In this document: positions 1-8,116 of the stretch, piece by piece
Layout of the letters: each line of letters starts with the position of its first letter
Position numbering within the stretch: position 1 is the stretch's first letter
Source of the DNA: an uncultured Sulfurovum sp.
Lineage (GTDB): Bacteria; Campylobacterota; Campylobacteria; Campylobacterales; Sulfurovaceae
Direction: 5' to 3'
DNA: 64,000 nt
NCBI GenBank assembly: GCA_947311605.1
Contig: CAMZLC010000058.1
Span: forward strand, 4,707 to 68,706
The notes under the pieces: model-generated
Told to the model about the DNA's origin: nothing
What the model saw: only the letters and a program-made list of their open reading frames with translations
The model's database searches: none
Translations under genes and position numbers: made by a program

Positions 1-1186
1 TTTTATGCCCCTTTACGGCAAAGGGACACGAACTCCGCCTGTTTTCAGGATCGCTCTGCTGGCCAATCATGTTCTTTCTCTCAAACGTAATAAGGGAATT
101 CGACCAGACCGCCACTTACCTGCGGGACAGGTTGTTGGCGTGCAAAAAAGTAAGGAGATCTTTCCACTGATTGATCTAGAAGGGCTTAAAGGTGGTGCAA
201 TCTGGTATGATGCGTACATGCCGGATTCGCAACTGCTGGTTTTGGATCTACTTCTGACCGCTTGTAATCTAGGTGCTACTCCTCTTAATTATGTTCAGGC
301 CACTGAGATACTCACTGACAGTAAGAGCCATGTCAGGGGGGTGACCGCCTTGGATCGTGAAAACGGGGAAAACCACGAATATTACTCTGATCTGGTTATA
401 AATGCTGCCGGACCCTGGTGTCGAACGATTGTAAAGGGAATTAAAGGAACAAGGGAAGATTTATTTCGACCATCACTAGCTTGGAACGTCCTTTTTAAGA
501 GGGATGCACTCTCCGACCATGCTCTGGCCGTTCAGGCGAAAGAAACCGGTAGCCGTCTGTTCTTTGTAACTCCCTGGAAAGGTCGAATATTTGCCGGCAC
601 TGGTCACGAACCATGGCCAGGTGAACCTGGACGCCCTTTCCCTACCCGTGGGCAGTTGAGCAATTTTATCCAGGATCTGAATAAAGCTATACCTGGCCTG
701 AGTTTACAGATCGATGATGTCGACCGGATTTTTGCTGGATTATTACCGACAACCGAAGTTGGCAGTAACAAACTGACTAAACGTGAGGTCATTATAGATC
801 ACGGAACAGAGGGTGGCCCAAAAGGTTTGTACAGTGTTGGTGGTATCAAATTTACTACTGCAAGGCTGGTTGCGGAGAAAATCCTTGATCTCGCCGGATC
901 AGGAACGTCAGGCCAGATTGATGAACGGCTCAAGACATCATCGTATCCTGAAATACAGTACAATATACAGGCTCTTGATCAGTATCAACAACTGCTGGCC
1001 CGTGACAGTTCCATTGTTCATCTAGATGATTTCCTTCTTAGACGAACAAGCTTGTGGGAAAACAGGGATAAAGCCATGGTTCTGGCAGAAAAACTCTGTA
1101 CCCTGTTTCCCTGGGATGAGAATCGCAAAAAACAGGAAATAGGAAAATGCGCAACTTGCTTGAAGGCTTTGCCGGATGAAATTTAA
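1..1186 (+). CDS. FAD-dependent oxidoreductase, glycerol-3-phosphate dehydrogenase (GlpD/GlpA)-like, probably 5'-truncated by the window edge
   Basis: ORF 5..1186 stays open to base 1. Motifs INAAGPW, FFVTPWKGRIFAGTGHEP, AGLLP and GGIKFTTARLVAEK resemble the DAO/GlpD family core and C-terminal part. The N-terminal GxGxxG FAD fold is missing, so the true start is probably upstream of the window. Confidence 0.55.
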   Translation, partial: FMPLYGKGTRTPPVFRIALLANHVLSLKRNKGIRPDRHLPAGQVVGVQKSKEIFPLIDLEGLKGGAIWYDAYMPDSQLLVLDLLLTACNLGATPLNYVQATEILTDSKSHVRGVTALDRENGENHEYYSDLVINAAGPWCRTIVKGIKGTREDLFRPSLAWNVLFKRDALSDHALAVQAKETGSRLFFVTPWKGRIFAGTGHEPWPGEPGRPFPTRGQLSNFIQDLNKAIPGLSLQIDDVDRIFAGLLPTTEVGSNKLTKREVIIDHGTEGGPKGLYSVGGIKFTTARLVAEKILDLAGSGTSGQIDERLKTSSYPEIQYNIQALDQYQQLLARDSSIVHLDDFLLRRTSLWENRDKAMVLAEKLCTLFPWDENRKKQEIGKCATCLKALPDEI

Positions 1187-1336
1187 ATACAATGCATTTA
1201 AACTGATTTGGAGCAACAGAAAACTAACGCGGATAAACCGCAAGTAAGTGCCTTGTTGCTTATGCTAATCACTTGAGTTTGAAACACTTCGATTTTCTTG
1301 TTTTTTATTACAACTTTTCAGGAGTAAGGCACTAAT

Positions 1337-3205
1337 ATGATAGCTGGAATTTTTTTTCGTAAAAGAAACGGAGATGCTCAACATGATATTGTAGCACCTA
1401 TAATGGCCATGGAAGCCCTGCATGCTAAACTCTACAACAAGCAACTTTTGCTTACTTGTGGTCAGGAAGAAAAAGCCATGGGCATGGCCCCCTCAGATGC
1501 TGTTTCTCTGGATAGTAACCGCTTAATTGCCTGTTGGGCCGGTAACATTTATAACCGCAGAGAACTCGCTACTGAGCTTGGTCTTACCGGAAACATTAAT
1601 GCAGCCGGTGACAGTGATTTGTTTCTTCAGCTTTACGATAGATATGGGGAATCCTGTGTTGAGAGGATAAATGGAAAATTTGCAGTTGCCCTTTTTGATA
1701 CATCAAAAGAATGTTTCTTTCTTGCCCGTGATCGTTTTGGGATCGAACCTCTCTATTATTCTGTCCAAAAGAACTATATCGCTTTTTCCTCTACTGCTGT
1801 CGGAGTTCTATCTCTGACTGGACAAGACAAACAAATCAACCCTGCTGCTGTGGGGAAATTTCTTCTTTTTAACTATAATCCCGGCCTGCAAACATTTTTC
1901 AATAACGTGACCCGGCTTCAAGGTGCCCACTTCCTGCGGATCGAGCGCGGTGAGGTTCATCTTAAACGGTACTGGCATCTCAAGTTTAATCCAATAGCTG
2001 CAGATGAAAAAGAAGTTACTCAAAACCTTCTTTCCCATTTGCGTCAGGCTGTCTCTCTCCGGGTAGACGAAGATCGGGCTCCGGGTATATTTTTAAGTGG
2101 GGGTATGGATTCCAGTACAGTAGTCACTTTAGCTGCAGAAAAAGCAAACGCTCAGGTGAATACCTTTTCTTATCGTTGCCGGGCAGTTTCTTTTGATGAA
2201 TCGGAATATTCCAGAGCCATGGCAGAATTTACAAACTCCAAACACCATGAAGGGGAGTATCGCAGTGAAGATGTCCTGCTTATGCCGGATATTGTACGCA
2301 GCATGAATGAACCATTTTGCGATGTTGGCATTAATATCGCAACTCACCTCCTTGGCAGGAATGCAGCCTCTTCGACCACAGAATATATTCTCACAGGTGA
2401 TGGCGGAGATGAACTTTTTGCAGGGCATCCAGTGTATGAAGCAGATAAGATGGCGCAGTATATTGATTACCTACCTAGACTTCTTCTATTACCCATATTA
2501 AAAATTTTTTCAGCTTTGCCTGATTCCGACCAGAAAAAAAATCTATCGGTGAAGCTTAAACGCTTTTCCGAAAGTCTTGCATATCCCAAGGAATTGCTTT
2601 CCCATCGCTGGCGTATTTACTATACCGACAACGAGTTTTTACAACTGGGCCGAAGCGAATTTTTTCAGCAGTTCGACTGGTCGGAACTTCTGGAAGATAT
2701 TCTACGGACAAATCAGGAGAGTGGTGCTCCGGATTTGTTGTCGCGCTGTCTCTATAGCGATTATCAGACGGCTGTTGACTTTTATCTGCGCCGGAATGAT
2801 TTGAATCGATGTCAGGGGATTGAAAGCAGGTTTCCGCTGCTGGATCACAACCTGGTTGAATTCTGTGCAGGCATGCCGTCTGATTTGAAGATTAAGGGCT
2901 GGTTTGATACCAAGTACATTTTCAAGAAGGCCATGGAAGGTGTATTGCCCCATGGCATCATCTATCGAAAAGATAAACTGGGACATAGTATTCCCATGAA
3001 AAACTGGATACGGGATGACAGAAAAATCAGGGAAATGATCCTTGACCATGTGTCACCTGCAGTTATTGAAAAACGAGGCTTATTTAACGGTGATATGATA
3101 AGCACGATGATCAATGATCATTTAGCCAAACGTCGTAACAACTCGCACCGCTTATGGGCTTTGGCAGTTTTGGAAATGTGGATGCACCATTTTATGGACA
3201 ATTGA
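1337..3205 (+). CDS. Asparagine synthase family amidotransferase (AsnB-like) lacking the N-terminal catalytic Cys
   Basis: PP-loop SGGMDSS, AsnB-like N-domain blocks (AGNIYN, GDSDLFL, RDRFGIEPLYY) and C-terminal synthetase blocks (LTGDGGDELFAGH). AGGAG Shine-Dalgarno lies about 13 nt upstream of the ATG. An in-frame TAA at 1325-1327 excludes an upstream Cys codon. Confidence 0.85.
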   Translation: MIAGIFFRKRNGDAQHDIVAPIMAMEALHAKLYNKQLLLTCGQEEKAMGMAPSDAVSLDSNRLIACWAGNIYNRRELATELGLTGNINAAGDSDLFLQLYDRYGESCVERINGKFAVALFDTSKECFFLARDRFGIEPLYYSVQKNYIAFSSTAVGVLSLTGQDKQINPAAVGKFLLFNYNPGLQTFFNNVTRLQGAHFLRIERGEVHLKRYWHLKFNPIAADEKEVTQNLLSHLRQAVSLRVDEDRAPGIFLSGGMDSSTVVTLAAEKANAQVNTFSYRCRAVSFDESEYSRAMAEFTNSKHHEGEYRSEDVLLMPDIVRSMNEPFCDVGINIATHLLGRNAASSTTEYILTGDGGDELFAGHPVYEADKMAQYIDYLPRLLLLPILKIFSALPDSDQKKNLSVKLKRFSESLAYPKELLSHRWRIYYTDNEFLQLGRSEFFQQFDWSELLEDILRTNQESGAPDLLSRCLYSDYQTAVDFYLRRNDLNRCQGIESRFPLLDHNLVEFCAGMPSDLKIKGWFDTKYIFKKAMEGVLPHGIIYRKDKLGHSIPMKNWIRDDRKIREMILDHVSPAVIEKRGLFNGDMISTMINDHLAKRRNNSHRLWALAVLEMWMHHFMDN

Positions 3206-3262
3206 GGAGGGCATCTGACCAGCCTGTTCATAACCAGTCACTGGATAAGCAACAAGCGTCAA

Positions 3263-4060
3263 TCATAAGGAAAAACTGTTAGCAGTTGCTTGGTCACGAA
3301 ACCGGATCACTTTGGCAGGTGTTCCAACAGCGATGCCATAATCAGGAATATCTTTTGTGACCAGAGAACCCGCACCAATGACACAGCCTCTGCCAATTGA
3401 TATCCCGTCAAGGATGGTGGCAGATGCCCCGATCCAGGTACCGTCTCCGACTGTTGCAGCCCCCCGAGAATAGACTCCCTGATACATAATCGGTATTTTT
3501 AGATTATCAATATGATACCTGCCTCCTCCGATATAGCAATTTCCCGCAATCAGAACCGAATCACCAAGGGTGATTCCGCCGATACTGGAAAGAATCACAT
3601 GGGCACCGATGTCACAATCTTTTCCTATTGTGAGAGGCCTGGTTTTGGCTTGAATAACACAGGACTTGCTGATAATTGTACCATCTCCAATGGTTATGGC
3701 AATTCCTTCTTCCATGCCACCGTCAAGCAGTGTGGCGTCATCGATGGCCACCCGCGTTCCCAGATAAATCTGACCAGGTTTTCGTATCATTAGGCTCTTG
3801 CCAAAAATCACTCCTTTCCCACAATGCTCAAAGAGTGATGACAACAGCAGGCGTCGAATGAGATATCCCAGCCCCCCACCAAGGTTAAGACAGATTATAC
3901 TTGCTATCTCGTATTGTATGAGTCGTAAAAGGCCTGCCCGGCCACCAAGGACTTTTTTACGATAACGATCAAGGGCAGAGGTTGATGAACTGTACAGTTC
4001 TTCAGTGAGAACACCTTTGTGGATGTTCTGATTTGTTTTGCTGTTGTGCTTGATTGTCAT
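3263..4060 (-). CDS. Left-handed beta-helix (hexapeptide repeat) sugar O-acyltransferase
   Basis: Repeated [LIV]G-x4 hexapeptides and the C-terminal GAGSLVTKDIPDYGIAVGTPAKVIRFR block typical of WcaF/Maa-type acetyltransferases. The N-terminal ~80 aa is hydrophobic or amphipathic. Confidence 0.75.
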   Translation of the reverse strand: MTIKHNSKTNQNIHKGVLTEELYSSSTSALDRYRKKVLGGRAGLLRLIQYEIASIICLNLGGGLGYLIRRLLLSSLFEHCGKGVIFGKSLMIRKPGQIYLGTRVAIDDATLLDGGMEEGIAITIGDGTIISKSCVIQAKTRPLTIGKDCDIGAHVILSSIGGITLGDSVLIAGNCYIGGGRYHIDNLKIPIMYQGVYSRGAATVGDGTWIGASATILDGISIGRGCVIGAGSLVTKDIPDYGIAVGTPAKVIRFRDQATANSFSL

Positions 4061-4162
4061 GTTTTCAGTTCAATACTAGGAGCCTGTCCGAGAATAGGCA
4101 TTTTGGTCAAAATCGAAGAATTTTCAGAAAATAAGCGCAGCCATATGATTGATATTGCGAGC

Positions 4163-4199
4163 ATTATTTTTTGACAATTTTGAAGAGTTTGGGCAAAAG
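4163..4199 (-). promoter_or_regulatory. Conserved 37-nt intergenic element, copy A (promoter-like)
   Basis: 33/37 nt identical to 10723..10759. On the minus strand it reads CTTTTGCCCAAACTCTTCAAAATTGTCAAAAAATAAT. TTGTCA (4172-4177) plus a 17-nt spacer plus TATCAA (4149-4154) resembles a sigma70 -35/-10 pair. It sits 12 nt after the stop of the upstream gene and ~100 nt before the start at 4060. Confidence 0.4.
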
Positions 4200-4211
4200 A
4201 TAGGGAGTAGT

Positions 4212-5477
4212 TTAAGTGAATTGTGCACATGTTTGAATTGTGTCGATCAAATCAAAATCTGACAAAAACAGGAACCCGACATGGACAACCTTCAGTGTTG
4301 ATAAATGTTTCTTCACCCAGTCGTACAGGTTGTTAACCCTTCTTTTGTGAGATGAAAGGACATGGTTTTTTTCAACAAAGGCGCGTCCTTTTTGGCCTAA
4401 GGCTTTTCGAAGATTTGTGTCACCTGACAGCTCCAGGATTCCTTTGGCAAAAAGTTTTGGCTCAGCATGAGCAAGATAGGCTTCATTGTCTGAAACTACC
4501 TGAGTGTGAGTGGGTAATTTCGTTAAAAGAACGGGCTTTCCCGAATGCATATAAGGAAATATTTTCATTGGAGTGTTCACCCCTCTAATTCGGGGTGCCG
4601 CCAGAATATCGGCTTCTGCCAGGTATTCTTCCAATTGATCAAAGGGGCGAGGACCGAGGAAGTGAACTCTTGTTTCAATGCCGAATTCGGCACTCATTTG
4701 TTTGTATCTTTTAATATCTTCAGGAAAACCACCAATAATGACCAGCTGAATTTTGTGATCCTGTTTGATAACATGGGAAAAGCTTTCGATCAATAAACCG
4801 ACTCCCTGATATTCTTCAAGATTTCCACAATATAATAGTATAAGTCCATCAGTTCCGATTTCTTTTAATATCTTTCCTGTTTGAGGTAGGTCAGGGTCTT
4901 TCAGCTGTGAGATATCATGCAATGTGAACACCTTATCGGCACCATTCTTGTGGCAGAGATCGGCAAGAGCGTTACAAACTGGAGCCATTGCAACAGCACC
5001 TTGTATGGCTTTTGCTTCGGCCCAATTGAAGAAGGGTGCTAGAAAGCGAAGAAAACCATGTTTTTCTACCATCTGTTGGGCGATGGATGAATCCAAGTCA
5101 TAAATATAAGGAACTTTGTATAATAATTTTAGAAACATGGCCATAAAAACTGCTTCTTCCCCTGCGTGAATAAGATCGTATCGACGAGTGTGCATCATTT
5201 TCCAGGCAAAGAAAAACATGACGATATCCAACAGGATTTTACTAAAGGAGAAACCGGGTCTGGTGCCTTTAATTTTTTTCAGCAATGGCAGACGATGCAG
5301 GCTGACATGGGGCAGGCCGATGTCCTTGCCTTCTGGATAGACAATACAGTCTACTTTAACGTCATCTCTTGTTGCCAGAGCACGGAGAACGAGCATTACA
5401 TCAATTGGTGTACCACGATTGACAAAAAAAGGATGTGGTGCCAGTACTAGCACCTTCATTTTATTTGATTCTTTCAT
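4212..5477 (-). CDS. Glycosyltransferase, GT-B fold (GT4-like)
   Basis: N-terminal KVLVLAPHPFF, C-terminal half with a Rossmann-like pattern and AAPRIRGVNTPMKIFPYMHSGKPVLL. The ATG at 5477 is preceded by AGAAGG; an alternative ATG is at 5459. Confidence 0.7.
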   Translation of the reverse strand: MKESNKMKVLVLAPHPFFVNRGTPIDVMLVLRALATRDDVKVDCIVYPEGKDIGLPHVSLHRLPLLKKIKGTRPGFSFSKILLDIVMFFFAWKMMHTRRYDLIHAGEEAVFMAMFLKLLYKVPYIYDLDSSIAQQMVEKHGFLRFLAPFFNWAEAKAIQGAVAMAPVCNALADLCHKNGADKVFTLHDISQLKDPDLPQTGKILKEIGTDGLILLYCGNLEEYQGVGLLIESFSHVIKQDHKIQLVIIGGFPEDIKRYKQMSAEFGIETRVHFLGPRPFDQLEEYLAEADILAAPRIRGVNTPMKIFPYMHSGKPVLLTKLPTHTQVVSDNEAYLAHAEPKLFAKGILELSGDTNLRKALGQKGRAFVEKNHVLSSHKRRVNNLYDWVKKHLSTLKVVHVGFLFLSDFDLIDTIQTCAQFT

Positions 5478-5819
5478 TACCTTCTTAATAAAGTTGAGGG
5501 GAATTCTTTAATTTTAATGAACGACAAGATTCTAATCACAAAAGGAGTTTCTGTCATCAGTGAGATATTTTTAAACTTACCCTGTATCAAAATGTTTATC
5601 TTATCTTAATTTCGAGCACAATGATTTATTAACAATGCCATACTCCATATAACTAGCTAATATAAAACTTTTTTGTGGATTTTATTTTAAATGAGAATGT
5701 CATGGACAGTCACAAATCATTTATCCCCTTGCAGAGTGTTCGTCGTTCTGATCCATATTTGTTATGAGTTGAGACAAAAGAGATGCGTCTAACCATTTGC
5801 ATAATGCAGCTAAGATACT

Positions 5820-6683
5820 TCAACGCCTGTCTGAGCCAAGACGTTTTTGCAGATTTACCAGTACCTGATCTTTGAAAAATTGAATATATCCGACTCTCTT
5901 TCCAAAAGGAATAAACTCTTTTGTAGAGATAAGGAGTTGCCGCAGTTCTGCAGCCGGATGATTGACTGACAGGATGTTACTTTTAACAGCTGTACCATAG
6001 CTGCCGGCTCGTTGTTCGTGTTTTACTATAGGTAATGGATCACTTCCGGCTATAGATGGGATACCATTTTTTTCAGAGCTGGCCAGTAATTTGGGATAAG
6101 GCCAGAAAACAGGCCGGTTACCGTTGTCCCCCACAAAGAAAAGAGAAACAGATGGCTGATTGATAAAGCTCTGTATCACTTTTCCACGGTACCCCAGCCA
6201 TTTTCCGACTCCCCATGCCAGTACAGGGAGTCCACCATCACGAGTTACACGGCTGGCAAGTTCATTCAACGAGTATTCATAATCCGGGAAAAGCTGCGGA
6301 GAAAAAAGCGATAGAAGTTCAAGCTTTTCACTGCTTATGAGTTGACGGCCAGCCACCAGCAGTATTTTTTTTTCTTCCTGAATAGCAAAGATACTGTTAT
6401 CTTCTGCTGTTCGTTCAAAATGCCACGTTTGGGATGTATTTCCCGAGGATATTTTCGCGAGATGACAAATTTCCTGGAATATATTGTTTTTTTTTCCTTC
6501 TGCCAGCAATAATACGTAAGAGTAGCTGGTACTCTCGGGAAACAGTTGAGTTATGACGGAGGTGAAGTTTTGCCAGGCCGCATCAAGCAGTATGTCGATA
6601 TTCACAGAAGGGTGAATATGTATATGGCCATCAATCAGTATTGGCACAGGTCGATCTCCTTGGGATGGAAAAAAATTTGGCAC
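5820..6683 (-). CDS. Hypothetical protein with an N-terminal HxH metal-binding-like motif (possible PHP/amidohydrolase-type hydrolase)
   Basis: Long uninterrupted ORF in the operon orientation. Motif PILIDGHIHIHPS lies near the N-terminus. The longest ORF starts with GTG at 6683, but GTG at 6647 is preceded by AAGGAG at 8 nt and is the more likely start. The functional call is weak. Confidence 0.4.
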   Translation of the reverse strand: MPNFFPSQGDRPVPILIDGHIHIHPSVNIDILLDAAWQNFTSVITQLFPESTSYSYVLLLAEGKKNNIFQEICHLAKISSGNTSQTWHFERTAEDNSIFAIQEEKKILLVAGRQLISSEKLELLSLFSPQLFPDYEYSLNELASRVTRDGGLPVLAWGVGKWLGYRGKVIQSFINQPSVSLFFVGDNGNRPVFWPYPKLLASSEKNGIPSIAGSDPLPIVKHEQRAGSYGTAVKSNILSVNHPAAELRQLLISTKEFIPFGKRVGYIQFFKDQVLVNLQKRLGSDRR

Positions 6684-7079
6684 AACAGGCGTTGATGTCT
6701 TTTTTGTGCCTGTAAATACGGGGTGCTTTCACTATCTCTTACTGAGGTTAGCACATTAAATGTTGCAATGCTAATATCACAGGACAGCGAAACATAATAA
6801 TTGGTAACTACTCACGGCCTAAGCGACTAAATTTTGCAAACCTTTGAATTGTAATTACTTACAAAGTGGCATAGCATTTCGCAAGCAGGATGACAACGGC
6901 AAAGGAAAAAATATCCCACGCAGAAGAGAAAAAAAGTCTCTAATGAAAATTCAGAATATAATGAACGTGAGCATCAATAAAAATAGACATAAGAGCATTA
7001 AATTCTCACGCCGTTTGCCGGTGAGCTAAGTGGTTCAACAAAGAAACAAATATACTAACTTGTCATTTAAACGTTACAG

Positions 7080-8048
7080 CTATTTATTTTCTGACAGAAA
7101 ATTATCGAAATAGTCGATGGTGTAACGCAGTCCTTCTTTAAGCTGGGTTGTTGGCTCCCATCCCAATTTATTCTTGGCTATGGAAATATCTGCTGAGCGT
7201 TGTTTTGGGTCATCTGCTGGAAGATCCGTAAAGATAATCTCCGAAGAAGAACCAACCATCTCTGTTACATGTTCTGCAAGTTCGAGAATAGTAAATTCAT
7301 TGGGATTACCCATATTCATGGGCCCTGTGAGGTCATCACCACTTTCCATAAACAATACCATGAGCCGTATTAAATCATCAACATAACAAAATGATCGGGT
7401 CTGAGATCCATCGCCATAAATAGTAATGGGAATTCCCTGCAGGGCCTGAACGATAAAATTTGAAACAACCCTACCATCATTTGGGTGCATACGGGGACCG
7501 TAGGTGTTAAACAACCTACCTACTTTTATTCTAAGTTTATGTTGTCTGTGATAATCAAAAAACAGGGTTTCAGCACAGCGTTTCCCTTCATCATAGCATG
7601 ACCGCACTCCTATTGGGTTAACATTTCCCCAATAGGTCTCTACCTGAGGATGTACTTCCGGGTCACCATACACTTCACTGGTGGAAGCCTGAAAAATTTT
7701 AGCCCGTACCCGTTTAGCCAGGCCAAGCATATTTATGGCACCATGCACGGAGGTCTTTGTAGTCTGCACAGGATCATGCTGGTAATGAATGGGAGATGCA
7801 GGACAAGCCAGGTTATAAATCTCATCAACCTCAACATAAAGGGGAAAGGTTACATCGTGACGGAGTAACTCAAATGAAGGATTGTTAAAGAGTCTTTTAA
7901 TATTATCTTTTGTTCCAGTAAAATAATTATCAAGACAAAGAACTTCCACCCCCTGATTAAGCAATGTTTCACATAAATGCGAGCCTAGAAAGCCAGCACC
8001 TCCAGTAATCAGGACGCTTTTTCTTATATTATAATTTTCCATAACCAT
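7080..8048 (-). CDS. uxs: UDP-glucuronate decarboxylase (UDP-xylose synthase), extended SDR
   Basis: [63 protein letters not shown]. Near-complete agreement with the conserved UXS blocks as I remember them. Confidence 0.9.
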   Translation of the reverse strand: MVMENYNIRKSVLITGGAGFLGSHLCETLLNQGVEVLCLDNYFTGTKDNIKRLFNNPSFELLRHDVTFPLYVEVDEIYNLACPASPIHYQHDPVQTTKTSVHGAINMLGLAKRVRAKIFQASTSEVYGDPEVHPQVETYWGNVNPIGVRSCYDEGKRCAETLFFDYHRQHKLRIKVGRLFNTYGPRMHPNDGRVVSNFIVQALQGIPITIYGDGSQTRSFCYVDDLIRLMVLFMESGDDLTGPMNMGNPNEFTILELAEHVTEMVGSSSEIIFTDLPADDPKQRSADISIAKNKLGWEPTTQLKEGLRYTIDYFDNFLSENK

Positions 8049-8116
8049 TCTTTAAAACATTCTTAATAATTCTAGACTTCGATCGATATTTTTTTCAATC
8101 CGTTCTGGTTACGAAC

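Noticed and set aside
5624-5640. TGGCAT...-type sequence on the minus strand considered as a sigma-54 (-24/-12) promoter
   Set aside because: The GG-N10-GC spacing is not satisfied; the -12 position reads AA rather than GC.
5766-5780. Partial match (GAGTTGAGACAAAAG) to the 16-mer core AGAGTTTGGGCAAAAG, again just downstream of a stop codon
   Set aside because: Only 11 of the 15 aligned positions match (12/16 if the flanking base at 5765 is counted), and the adjoining -35/-10-like half of the element is not conserved. The match could be chance in AT-rich sequence.
6834-6877. Possible third, inverted copy of the conserved promoter-like element (plus strand TTTTGCAAACCTTTGAATTGTAA, then 17 nt, then TAGCAT)
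   Set aside because: The match is only about 21 of 30 positions and needs gaps. It is in the opposite orientation and would drive transcription antisense to the uxs gene. This is too weak to call without genome-wide motif statistics, although the TTGTAA-17-TAGCAT spacing is intriguing.
7005-7025. Inverted repeat CTCACGCCGTTTGCCGGTGAG downstream of uxs, considered as a terminator
   Set aside because: Only a 5-6-bp stem can form, and no U-run follows on the minus strand.
6844-7029. 61-aa plus-strand ORF in the 6684-7079 gap
   Set aside because: It has a TTG start, a Lys/Arg/Asn-rich low-complexity translation, no SD and an orientation opposite to the whole locus. It is more likely non-coding leader or spacer DNA.
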